From positions 7,032 to 71,031 of the IMG/VR virus record IMGVR_UViG_3300035520_000763: DNA of 64,000 bases, one strand, 5' to 3'. Every line of letters begins with the position of its first letter. The stretch's first letter is position 1. Shown here one piece after another: positions 30,000-39,130 of the stretch. The notes beneath the pieces were generated by a model, which saw only the letters and a program-made list of their open reading frames with translations, was not told the origin of the DNA and made no database searches. The translations under genes were made by a program, and so were the position numbers. The stretch is from a virus (taxonomy: Duplodnaviria; Heunggongvirae; Uroviricota; Caudoviricetes).

Positions 30000-30143
30000 T
30001 TATTCTTCTAAACAACACATAGCAGCATCCAAATCAGTATTATGATATTTACCACATTCGCTGCAAATATAATGAATTCCATATTCATCACAAATACATT
30101 CGGATGCTATATATAATTCTTCTTCGTTTTCATTCATATTCAT
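30000..30143 (-). CDS. 47-aa Cys-rich peptide
   Basis: MNMNENEEELYIASECICDEYGIHYICSECGKYHNTDLDAAMCCLEE. Confidence 0.5.
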   Translation of the reverse strand: MNMNENEEELYIASECICDEYGIHYICSECGKYHNTDLDAAMCCLEE

Positions 30144-30231
30144 TTTCTTTCTTTAATTGACAAATTATGGGATTATTGTAGAATAATGGAGGCACTACCA
30201 AAAGTGGTAGGCGGTTAGTCCTTCTCCAGAT

Positions 30232-30400
30232 TAACTGAACCCTCTGTTTACTTGAACTTTTCATGTTTAAGCAACGTGAAATTCCTGCTTCATAGACTTC
30301 GTAATCTCCATCTTCACAGGCGTAACTTCGGATAGTTCCTACCCTAGCATTATGTATTTTAAGTCATTTCTAATACTCTCAATCCTTCATTCTCAATATT
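30232..30400 (-). ncRNA. TnpB omega/reRNA scaffold, right end and putative guide
   Basis: Typical downstream tract GUAGGAACUAUCCGAAGUUACGCCUGUG...GAAGCAGGAA...GUUCAA ending at ~30252; the next ~20 nt (GUAAACAGAGGGUUCAGUUA) would be the guide. Boundaries are approximate. Confidence 0.6.
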
Positions 30401-31471
30401 GATAGCAGCATTTTCATCCCTATCTAATTCAGAATGACAATTAGGACAAATCCATTTTCTAATATCTACTGATTTCTTACCATCTCTATGACCACAAATA
30501 TGACATATCTGAGAAGAAGGGTAATATCTATCTATAACAGATATTACTTTTCCACACCATTGAGATTTATATGTAATCTGTCTACGAAACTCTGATAAAG
30601 AAACATCATTCATATGTTTATTTCTTGTTTTAGAATCAGTTTCTTTCATAGACTTTACATCCAAATCTTCAAGACATATAACATCATATTGCCTTACAAT
30701 ATCCGTAGTCAATTTATGTAAGAAATCATTTCGTTGATTAGAAATATGTTTCTGTAAATTTGCAACTTTAATTCTTGTTTTATTCCAATTTGAACTACCA
30801 ATTGTTTTTCTTGATAATTCTCTTTGTAATTTGGCAAGTTTCTTTTCTGATTTCTCATAAAATCTAGGATTTTCTATTTTAATTCCATCAGAAAATATTG
30901 CGAAATCTACAATTCCTAAATCTATCCCAACTGTTTTACCAGTCCTTTCATATTGTGAAAATTCAATATTAGTACAGCATAACGAACAGTAGTAGTGTCC
31001 ATTTGGTTCTTGCGATATTGTTGCGTTAAGTATTCTTCCTTGTGGTATCAAATTGTTTTTCGTTTTTACCATTCCAAGTTTAGGAAGTTTAATATATTTA
31101 CCGCAATACTTAATATTTTTATGTGAATATTTTGATTTGTACGAAAAACTATGTGTCTTCTTAGACTTAAACTTTGGATAGCCAGCATGTTCCTTAAAAA
31201 ACTTTTGATATGCGTTATCTAAATCTTTCAATGATGATTGAAGAGCAGTGGAATCAACTTCTTTTAACCAATCCAACTCAGCTTTGAGTTGTTTCATATC
31301 ATTAGCACATTGAACATATGAGAATGTTTCTTTATTCTGTTCATACATTTCAATACGTTTTGTGAGATATTTATTATATACAAAACGGCAACATCCAAAT
31401 GTCTTTACAATAATTTCTTTCTGTTTCTTATTTGGATATATCCTATATTTATAAGATTTTTCTATTTTCAT
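30359..31471 (-). mobile_element. tnpB: IS200/IS605-family TnpB RNA-guided nuclease, no tnpA
   Basis: Start MKIEKSYKYRIYPN; RuvC GIDLG, CLEDL and DRDENAAINI; Zn finger CHICG...CPNC. Confidence 0.92.
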
Positions 31472-31559
31472 CACCTTACTTTTAATTAAAAATTGGTAAT
31501 AAAAAAGAGCAGTCATCTATTTGACTACTCTAATGATTTTTATTGTTTTATACAATCGG

Positions 31560-31660
31560 TAAACGAAAATAACCGCCCCAGCGACCAAACTAGGCGGTTA
31601 TAATCTATTATAATCAATTATTTGGGCTAACCGCTTGCTATAACGGTAGTGCCTTTGTTT
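31560..31660 (-). ncRNA. small RNA resembling a type I toxin-antitoxin antitoxin
   Basis: Upstream TTGACA (~31701-31696); GGCACUACC...GCGGUUAGCC 5' part; terminator UAACCGCC...GGCGGUUAUUUU (31566-31601). Confidence 0.4.
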
Positions 31661-31711
31661 TTATCTGCTTATATACTATACTTTTTTGAATTGAATGTCA
31701 ACATTTTTATT

Positions 31712-31888
31712 TTAAATGAATTTATTCTGTGTCATCATTATCTCATTTTCATGCACTCGAAGTGCTATTTTCTTTTCAAGAACTGCCCAGTCTTCTGGTG
31801 TACCCTTATCCTCTTGTCGTATATCCACAACCCTGCCGCCAAAATTCAGACCAGCCATTTCTCTTTCAAATTCCTCATTAAAATTCAT
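31712..31888 (-). CDS. 58-aa hypothetical protein
   Basis: MNFNEEFEREMAGLNFGGRVVDIRQEDKG...; SD GGAG. Confidence 0.6.
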   Translation of the reverse strand: MNFNEEFEREMAGLNFGGRVVDIRQEDKGTPEDWAVLEKKIALRVHENEIMMTQNKFI

Positions 31889-32053
31889 TTCTACTCCATA
31901 TTAATAATACTTAGATTTTTATAATTTATTGAATAGTAGAAGTTATTAATTATGTCAAGCAAAAAATAATTAGACATATTTGGCTAGTTAGATAGAAAAA
32001 TTGGCGTTAAGTGGACAGAAGTGGCAAGTTAAATAAATGCCTCATCAGATTCA

Positions 32054-33109
32054 TCATTTTAAATCAGACAAAGTTTTTTCTTCTTGTTTTATAATTCCGT
32101 CAGAAGAAAAATATTTCCCAAAATCATCAACTGCTTCCGCATCGTCATATACGGAAATTAAGTCTTGCGTAGACCACCCAAAATATTCTTGTATAATTTT
32201 AGGTGGGAGATTGTATTTGCAAAGCCTAGAACATAACTGATGTCTTAAGCAGTGAAAATAAAATGGCTTGCCTAAAATATTTGTACATGTTTCTGCATAA
32301 CTATCCATCGTAGTTATTTTTGCCTGAACCCATTTTCCGTCTTCCATAGTACAAAGCAAATATTCGCAATCAATGCCTTTTTCTTCACGTTCTTTTATCC
32401 ATAAATCATAATATCTTTTAAAATCAAGAAGAGTATATTTATAGAGCATCTTTCCAGTTTTATTACCTCTTCCTTTTGTACGGATTTTCTCAGGTGTCTT
32501 CCACATTGCATCAAATATAATATTTTCTTCTTTAAAATAATCAACTTTAAAACGTGTTAATTCACGTTTCCGTGAACCGGAAAATACAGCAAGAGCAACA
32601 GCGCAAGCAACATTGTACTTTTTCTTTTCTACTAATTTATTTAACAAATCATCTACTTCTTCATCAGATAATATAGTTTTTTCTCTTACTGGCTCATTAA
32701 CAGGACTTTCAATTCTTCGTACAACCGGCTTATAGGATTCGTATAAATCATCACAGATATTGTAGATGTAATTGGAAAGAGAAGATAATGTTGATTTTAC
32801 TCTTCTTACACGAGCACTTGACCATCCATTTTCATTTAATCCAAAATCTTGAAAACGTGCGAATTCACGTTTGTTTATATCTACGAAAAATTTGTTTTCA
32901 TTATGCAAAACATTCCAACAGAAAAAATAGTCAAGATCATGCTCGTAAGATTCCAAAGTTGTCTTTGCTCTATCAATAGAACGAAGATATGCTAAAAAAT
33001 CTTTTTTTAATTGAATATTTTCAGGACTTACTTGTTCTAATAGATCTTCTGTTACAAGCGGATTGTACACAGTACCTCTTGTAGTATGAGTATCTTTCTT
33101 TTTACTCAT
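32054..33109 (-). CDS. tyrosine recombinase (XerC/D-like)
   Basis: SAM-like N-domain; SGSR(K)REL, K, HCLRH, GWS...VY catalytic set. Confidence 0.9.
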   Translation of the reverse strand: MSKKKDTHTTRGTVYNPLVTEDLLEQVSPENIQLKKDFLAYLRSIDRAKTTLESYEHDLDYFFCWNVLHNENKFFVDINKREFARFQDFGLNENGWSSARVRRVKSTLSSLSNYIYNICDDLYESYKPVVRRIESPVNEPVREKTILSDEEVDDLLNKLVEKKKYNVACAVALAVFSGSRKRELTRFKVDYFKEENIIFDAMWKTPEKIRTKGRGNKTGKMLYKYTLLDFKRYYDLWIKEREEKGIDCEYLLCTMEDGKWVQAKITTMDSYAETCTNILGKPFYFHCLRHQLCSRLCKYNLPPKIIQEYFGWSTQDLISVYDDAEAVDDFGKYFSSDGIIKQEEKTLSDLK

Positions 33110-33153
33110 TATTTCCTCCTTTCATTCAAATATAAAAAGAAGCGATAATAATA

Positions 33154-34188
33154 TTAAACCGCTTCTTGTTTTCTCATTTTTATATATTCATAAATTTGTT
33201 CTGGTGTATTATTTCTTTCTCCATAAATAAAATGAAAACTATTTGGATAATTTATAAGATGACATGACTCACACAAAGTAATTCCATTAGTGATTTCATA
33301 TCTTAAATCTTCGTATTCGGAAAAATTATATAAATGATGTGCATTTAAATTACCACCGCGTTTACCACAACATTGACAAGTATAATTATCTCTTTTAAAA
33401 ACTTTTCTTTGCCACTCTTTATAATATGTATTATTTCTCGCCATATGTTGTTCGGTAGTAGAAAATCCTTTAAATTCTTCAACTGAAATTCCGTGCTGTC
33501 TACAAGATGATTTGATCCTATTCTCCATCGTAGATTGCGATAATCTTACCTTTTCATATCCATCTTTTTCATTATAGTAAATAGATAATAGTTCACTTCT
33601 GTTTGGTATCTGATAACCATAAGAACGAATAACATTGATAACAGTATTTCCAGTTAAATCATACATGTCACCAATTTCTTCAGAAGTCTTATGTTGCTTA
33701 AAATACAAATCTTCAATAACATCTTTTGTTAATTTCTCTGTTTTTGATTTATATTTATTATTTAATTGAAAATATGAAATCCACTCTCTAAGTGTTCTTT
33801 GGTTAATACCACATTCTTTTGCAATATCATTAGCTTCTCTACCTTTTACAATATATTCATTATATAGCCAATCCTTGTTTCTGTATGGGATTTCAACGAA
33901 TATTAAATTTCCATTCTCATCTCTTGTTTTCTTTTTATGAGTAAGACATTCTGGGCAGCAATATTTATTTTCACGTAAATGTAAATAATCTTTCCAAATA
34001 ATTTGTTTCAATTTTCTACAATAATCACATTGTATTGTGACTTCTTGCGTAGAACCATTACTTAAATCATCAACGCTAATTTCAAATTCATCACCATAAT
34101 TAGTAAATATATATCCACGCTCAATATAATGCTTTTTATTTGCTGGGAACCATTTTACTTTTAGTTTCTTTGTAATTAACATTCTCAC
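33154..34188 (-). CDS. HNH endonuclease with Zn-ribbon and HTH domains
   Basis: RDNYTCQCCG...NAHH...NGITLCESCH; N-terminal CDYC...CPEC. Confidence 0.85.
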   Translation of the reverse strand: MRMLITKKLKVKWFPANKKHYIERGYIFTNYGDEFEISVDDLSNGSTQEVTIQCDYCRKLKQIIWKDYLHLRENKYCCPECLTHKKKTRDENGNLIFVEIPYRNKDWLYNEYIVKGREANDIAKECGINQRTLREWISYFQLNNKYKSKTEKLTKDVIEDLYFKQHKTSEEIGDMYDLTGNTVINVIRSYGYQIPNRSELLSIYYNEKDGYEKVRLSQSTMENRIKSSCRQHGISVEEFKGFSTTEQHMARNNTYYKEWQRKVFKRDNYTCQCCGKRGGNLNAHHLYNFSEYEDLRYEITNGITLCESCHLINYPNSFHFIYGERNNTPEQIYEYIKMRKQEAV

Positions 34189-34197
34189 AATTTTCTT

Positions 34198-34383
34198 CTA
34201 CACTGTCGCAGTAGACGCTAAATAGTTCTCAAGTTCTTCTGTTCTTTCAAAGTAATAGGTGTAATTCCCATCATTAAACTTATCTTTTCTGAAATTCGTA
34301 TAATTGAAACCTGCAACAATAAGCTCAACCATTTTTTCTCTTATAGTACACCTATACCAATTCTTTTCATCTTTCATCTTCAT
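34198..34383 (-). CDS. small conserved phage protein (DUF5659-like)
   Basis: 61 aa, LIVAGF...YYFERTEEL. Confidence 0.55.
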   Translation of the reverse strand: MKMKDEKNWYRCTIREKMVELIVAGFNYTNFRKDKFNDGNYTYYFERTEELENYLASTATV

Positions 34384-34419
34384 TTACCTACTTTCCACCT
34401 ACAATTTTCAATAAAAAGA

Positions 34420-34475
34420 ATGGGAGAGAGGTAGGTGACTCTACTATGTTGGCTCATGACTTCCAACATTCCCAT
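34420..34475 (-). ncRNA. second c4-like three-way-junction RNA
   Basis: AUGGGA/UCCCAU outer stem, GUUGG/CCAAC and AGAG/CUCU hairpins; the loop CACCUAC pairs with the twice-repeated GUAGGU(G) just before the start codon at 34383. Confidence 0.45.
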
Positions 34476-34536
34476 CCAATCAAAAAGAGCCTATGACATT
34501 TGACCGCCATAGACCCTAAAATTACAATATTATTTC

Positions 34537-35247
34537 TTAGTAGAAAAACTTTCTCCAATCATTTAATTCGTCCTGTATATGACACCAACTAAGCAGAAAA
34601 TCATGCACACTATCTAAATACTCATTCTCAATATCTTCAATAGCTTCGATAAATTCTTTCTTACTAACTTCATTACCATTTAATGTAAATTTTTCCTTTA
34701 CAGAAGAAGTAGTGGTTAGTTTCTTACTTGATTTTTCTTTGTTGTTAGTATAATCATCGCACTCGAATCGTTCAGAACATTTTTCACAATTCTTTTCATT
34801 GTGTCTGTCATTATATCCATCTTCATCCTCAAAGCCAAATACAAGAATAGAATCTTCCTCTAAAGCCAAATAATCAATATCTTTCTTCTTAAAACTATCA
34901 TGGATATAATTCAAGGCACTAAATCCGTCTGAACTTATTAATTTGCCATCATATCCCCTTGTTTCTTCAATAAATAATCTTCCGTCATCAGCAATAGTGA
35001 TTAAAACTTCGTTTTCGTCATCATGCAGCAAATGACATTCAGACTCATCATCTACATAAAAGTCTTCGTAATAGTCATCTAGTAAAATTCCCAAAATCTG
35101 ACGTGCTACATATGCAGGAGCATACATAGAAAGTTCTTGATTTCTACGTAATGCATTATATTCCTGAAAAATATCATCAGCCAATTCATTATAAGAATCA
35201 AGAATTATATCCTGAACATAATCTTCACTTTTATAATCATATAGCAT
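34537..35247 (-). CDS. acidic hypothetical protein
   Basis: 236-aa ORF. Confidence 0.7.
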   Translation of the reverse strand: MLYDYKSEDYVQDIILDSYNELADDIFQEYNALRRNQELSMYAPAYVARQILGILLDDYYEDFYVDDESECHLLHDDENEVLITIADDGRLFIEETRGYDGKLISSDGFSALNYIHDSFKKKDIDYLALEEDSILVFGFEDEDGYNDRHNEKNCEKCSERFECDDYTNNKEKSSKKLTTTSSVKEKFTLNGNEVSKKEFIEAIEDIENEYLDSVHDFLLSWCHIQDELNDWRKFFY

Positions 35248-35261
35248 AAAGTTCCACCACC

Positions 35262-35552
35262 TTAGTCAGTAAGAATATTCTTAAAACTCTTGCTAATCTT
35301 AAATTTAGGCTCCTTATGCTCTGGAACAATATACTCCTCGCCCTTTCTATTTCCCATCATTATCTTTCCCTTACGTTCTGGGACAGTCTTTACACTAAAT
35401 TTTCCAATGCCAGGAATGCTCACATCGTCATCTGCCTTAACTGCATCTTCAATAACAGCAGTAATAGCTGATAAAATATCTGCTACGTCCTTCTGAGGGA
35501 TATCAATAGTTGCCTTTTCCTGAATCTTCTTAATAAAATCTACCTTTGTCAT
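35262..35552 (-). CDS. hup: HU family DNA-binding protein
   Basis: MTKVDFIKKI...VSIPGIGKFSVK..PERKG...YIVPEHKEPKFK. Confidence 0.9.
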   Translation of the reverse strand: MTKVDFIKKIQEKATIDIPQKDVADILSAITAVIEDAVKADDDVSIPGIGKFSVKTVPERKGKIMMGNRKGEEYIVPEHKEPKFKISKSFKNILTD

Positions 35553-35669
35553 AAACTTAACATTTCTCCTTTTTATTCATTTATTTTTTATATTTGTCAT
35601 GATTAATATAGTGAAATCGTGACATCAAAATAGGAGAGCAACAAAAGCCACTCTCCATAAATAACATTT

Positions 35670-35858
35670 TTATATTTTTATATTTTTTACCCATGCTGGC
35701 AGTAATAGCCACCTAACATTTTGTTCCTTATGTTTCGCATAATTTTCCCTTACAAAACTATGTACTTCTTCCAAACTCCCCTTATTAGTATCTTCTAATA
35801 TACGATACTCTAACGGATTTTCATCGACACAAATTATTCTAAAATACTCAATCTCCAT
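35670..35858 (-). CDS. hypothetical protein
   Basis: 62-aa ORF. Confidence 0.5.
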   Translation of the reverse strand: MEIEYFRIICVDENPLEYRILEDTNKGSLEEVHSFVRENYAKHKEQNVRWLLLPAWVKNIKI

Positions 35859-36072
35859 AATATTCCCTCCAATCTAAGAAAAACACATCAGTTACATTCA
35901 TTTGCAATGCACGAGCAATAGAAATCATTGTAGATTGAGTAGGGTCTTCTTCAAAATTTGCAATCTTATTTAAAGCAGACTTCGAAACACCCGACTTCCT
36001 GCTCAATTCCCTATATGTTATGCCATTTTCATACATAATCACTGACAATCTATTTGTATCATGCATTTGCAT
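35848..36072 (-). CDS. XRE-family HTH regulator
   Basis: ITYRELSRKSGVSKSALNKIAN...PT...IARAL. Confidence 0.85.
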   Translation of the reverse strand: MQMHDTNRLSVIMYENGITYRELSRKSGVSKSALNKIANFEEDPTQSTMISIARALQMNVTDVFFLDWREYYGD

Positions 36073-36215
36073 ACTCCTTTAAGATTTAAAAGAAGTATGT
36101 GTATTTCCAGCTAGAAATATCCCCTAAATTGATAATATTCTAATTTGTGTCCTTTATGGTGGACATTTTTAATTATATAGATACATTTAAAATTTCCAAT
36201 AATATCCGCCGAAAA

Positions 36216-36746
36216 TCATAAATGTGTTTTATTTAAAAATGTTTCAATATCATATCTATAATTTGTTCTCAATAAATGATTTTTTATTTCGATTGGATTC
36301 ATTTTTAACACATCATCAATATTAATAGATTTTTTTGATAGAGCAGAAGTGTACTGTACAAAATCTTCAATACCGACAAAATACGTCTTATTATCCAAAT
36401 CTCTAAAATTAATTATAAATCCAAATACACCTTTGTGTTTAGACCATTTTTGAAGTCCTAATATTTGACACTTACGAATCATGAACGACTGTTTCTTTGT
36501 TTTGTCCTCGAAATCTTCTCGCCAAAAAGTCAATGATTTTTCTTTTGTGGATTTAAGTTCAAGTCCATAAAATGTTCTTGTATTGTCATCGAACAAGATA
36601 AAATCACATTCGTTATTAGATGAAAACCTTGTTTCATTTCCTCCGCTCCATGCGGCAGCATTATCATTTAATCTTTTATGTAATACATGTTCAGGAAGAG
36701 ATTGGATAAAAGAATTTTCAAAAACCTTTCCGAAATTTTGAGCTAT
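36216..36746 (-). CDS. recU: RecU-like Holliday junction resolvase
   Basis: GKVFE...CDFILF...GLELKST...Q..GL; likely ATA start after AGGTGGTG. Confidence 0.7.
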   Translation of the reverse strand: MAQNFGKVFENSFIQSLPEHVLHKRLNDNAAAWSGGNETRFSSNNECDFILFDDNTRTFYGLELKSTKEKSLTFWREDFEDKTKKQSFMIRKCQILGLQKWSKHKGVFGFIINFRDLDNKTYFVGIEDFVQYTSALSKKSINIDDVLKMNPIEIKNHLLRTNYRYDIETFLNKTHL

Positions 36747-36937
36747 TCTTTCTTCACCACCTTTAACCATGACCAGTCTTGTTTTTGCCCGCATTTTGGA
36801 CACTTTTTATCTGTTGGAGTAATTTCAGTCCAGCAGCGATAACACTGAGCATACCAGCCGTCAGGATTGATGTATGGTTCAACCGGTGTTGATTTTGATA
36901 TATCTTGCAAATTCATAGTACAACTTCCTTTTGTCAT
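36743..36937 (-). CDS. small Zn-ribbon protein
   Basis: CYRC...CPKCGQ. Confidence 0.6.
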   Translation of the reverse strand: MTKGSCTMNLQDISKSTPVEPYINPDGWYAQCYRCWTEITPTDKKCPKCGQKQDWSWLKVVKKE

Positions 36938-36956
36938 CAGTATATGAGTTATGGAA

Positions 36957-38177
36957 TTAAGTTAATTCAATTGGATAACAACATTTAATACCTTTATCAT
37001 TCACAACTAATATGGTTTGTGAAGGGTTCCCAGTCAATCTCTTTTGGCGAGTATATTCATCACCAGAACCGCAAAGACTTCCAGATTGAACAACCTTAAT
37101 ACCAGATATGTCTTCCATTGCAGGATAATGTTTATGACCACACAAGATACAATAAGGTGTCATTTTTGCCCACAGACATAATTTTGCAATTGATGCATCA
37201 GATACTGTATCAAAATCACCATGAACAGCAAAATATAACCTCTCTCTTACAAAAAATGTTGAAAGTGTATCATCAACGGTTTCATCTATAACAGTAATGT
37301 TGCTTACATTTTTCAACATTGATTTGATAAACCAAATAATAAGCGTATCTAATCTTTCTCCAAGCAGCGCATCTTCTTTTTCATCTAAACGACTATGATT
37401 TCCAGATACTCCCCTTAATTCTACTGTATTAAAATATTTTCCTAATTCATAAACAAAATCAGATATATATTCACAAGCTAATTTTACTTGCTCAATTACA
37501 TTTTCTTTATTTGTTACGGAGATTACTTTGTGTATAGATCCTGATATAAGATCTCCTAAAAGAACACAAACGCAATTTTCTGCTTTATGAATTTTTTGAA
37601 TTTCAATAATTTCAGATAAATATTGATTTAAACGTTCTTTTGCAATTTCTGAATCATAAACACCATTAAAATTATAATATGTAGCACCAATATGTAAATC
37701 TGATAAACAAACAATCATATCATTTTCGCTATGGGCAACGAGTGGTGTATAAGATAAATATCTATTATCAGAAATATCAGATAACATATTTTCTAATTTT
37801 TCAACAGTTGTTTCAAGACGAGATTCTTCACGCAATCTACGATTTATGTCAAGTCTTTCATCAAAAAGTTTTCTTTTTTCTTTCTGGATTTCCTGCTTTT
37901 CTAACCTTAATTTTTGGAAATATTCATCAGTATTACCATCAGTTTTCTTCTGGCTTTCTTTCCACTTATAATATTCGGACACAAAAGAGCCACCAGTAAT
38001 AAACTGACTGCTCTTACGTAGAGTGTCATAATGAATATTTAGATTATATTTTTCTACAAGTTCATTCCATTCTACATCTGTTATTTTTTGAACTTTATTA
38101 GAACAATCCTTTAATAATCGTTCATATGATTCTGGTGTTAATCCATACTTTGATAATTCTTCTTCAAAATTATACAA
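36957..38177 (-). CDS. calcineurin-like metallophosphoesterase (SPbeta YonJ-like position)
   Basis: LSDLHIG, LGDLISG, GNH, HGD and GHKH motifs. Confidence 0.88.
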   Translation of the reverse strand: MYNFEEELSKYGLTPESYERLLKDCSNKVQKITDVEWNELVEKYNLNIHYDTLRKSSQFITGGSFVSEYYKWKESQKKTDGNTDEYFQKLRLEKQEIQKEKRKLFDERLDINRRLREESRLETTVEKLENMLSDISDNRYLSYTPLVAHSENDMIVCLSDLHIGATYYNFNGVYDSEIAKERLNQYLSEIIEIQKIHKAENCVCVLLGDLISGSIHKVISVTNKENVIEQVKLACEYISDFVYELGKYFNTVELRGVSGNHSRLDEKEDALLGERLDTLIIWFIKSMLKNVSNITVIDETVDDTLSTFFVRERLYFAVHGDFDTVSDASIAKLCLWAKMTPYCILCGHKHYPAMEDISGIKVVQSGSLCGSGDEYTRQKRLTGNPSQTILVVNDKGIKCCYPIELT

Positions 38178-38192
38178 TCAAACACCAACTCT

Positions 38193-38396
38193 CTATTCTT
38201 TATCATCTGGGAGTTCGAATACCAACTTAAAATCACAAGTAGTAATTCCATCTGGAATCTCAGCAATAACCTGCTCAGTAATATCTTCGCCAGTATTAGT
38301 GTCAATCAACTTTAAATTCTCTACTGAAATATTCTTTAAATCTAAAGTCTTCTTACATGGTGTTGTTTTACTTTCCGTTTTCTTGATCTTAAACAT
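38193..38396 (-). CDS. hypothetical protein
   Basis: 67 aa, SD AAGGAG. Confidence 0.65.
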   Translation of the reverse strand: MFKIKKTESKTTPCKKTLDLKNISVENLKLIDTNTGEDITEQVIAEIPDGITTCDFKLVFELPDDKE

Positions 38397-38542
38397 ATAT
38401 TATTTTCTCCTTTTATTCCTTTATATTTTTATGCATATTTGAGTAAATATCCGTAAAAATAACTATTGTGCGGATATTTGCTTAACTAAATTGTATCAGC
38501 TAATACTAATAGATTTTTGTCTCAATACCTACCCAAAAGAAA

Positions 38543-39130
38543 ACAAGTGACAATACTACAGAATAGTAGTACTATCACTTGTCATAGAGAGGTAAATAGA
38601 TTGTAAAAATTGCAAAAAGCATCTATTATCAGACACTTACAAAAGAACTGAAATATCTTTCATAATTTCAACCAATTTTCGTACCTATAAGCAGATACAT
38701 CATAATTGAGCTTTTAACTCCTATTTTCTTCCTCATTAAACCATTTGTTTAATATCTAATATCTGTACTCGAAAGTACCTTTTGATCAAATCTTGTGAAT
38801 AACGAAACGATTTTCAAAATATCAAAATATCAAAATATCAAATTGTTGAAATTACAAATTAGCAAAATAACGCTTCACGATACATATCACGCCAATTATT
38901 TTTGATAATTTGAGCCAGTATAATGACTGGTCGGTATTAAAGACTTTCATCTTTATCTTCTTTTTATATGTAAAGTAAGTTTTATTCACTTATCTATTCT
39001 TTTAGTACTATATGGTTAATACAAAACCTTGCAGCATTACACTTCACCTGCAACCGAAGCGATTGACAATCACAAAATCCACTTCAGTTCTTGCGCAAGT
39101 GCCTGATATTGGTAGAAGAGGAGAGTAGTA
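38543..39130 (-). ncRNA. large structured RNA candidate (3' of the 204-aa gene)
   Basis: 26-nt long-range helix 39083-39108 / 38627-38652 with three G-U pairs; inner helix 38841-38854 / 38663-38677; many hairpins; (UAUUUUGA)x3; terminal terminator hairpin. Confidence 0.65.
38814..38842. repeat. octamer tandem repeat (TCAAAATA)x3.6
   Basis: TCAAAATATCAAAATATCAAAATATCAAA. Confidence 0.9.

Noticed and set aside
32054-33109. Tyrosine recombinase as marking a prophage boundary (att site)
   Set aside because: Phage genes continue on both sides; no host DNA or att-like repeat recognised
38814-38842. Octamer repeat or 12-nt direct repeats as a CRISPR/TIGR-type array
   Set aside because: No repeat-spacer periodicity and no cas or Nop-domain gene; no CRISPR array seen anywhere in the window
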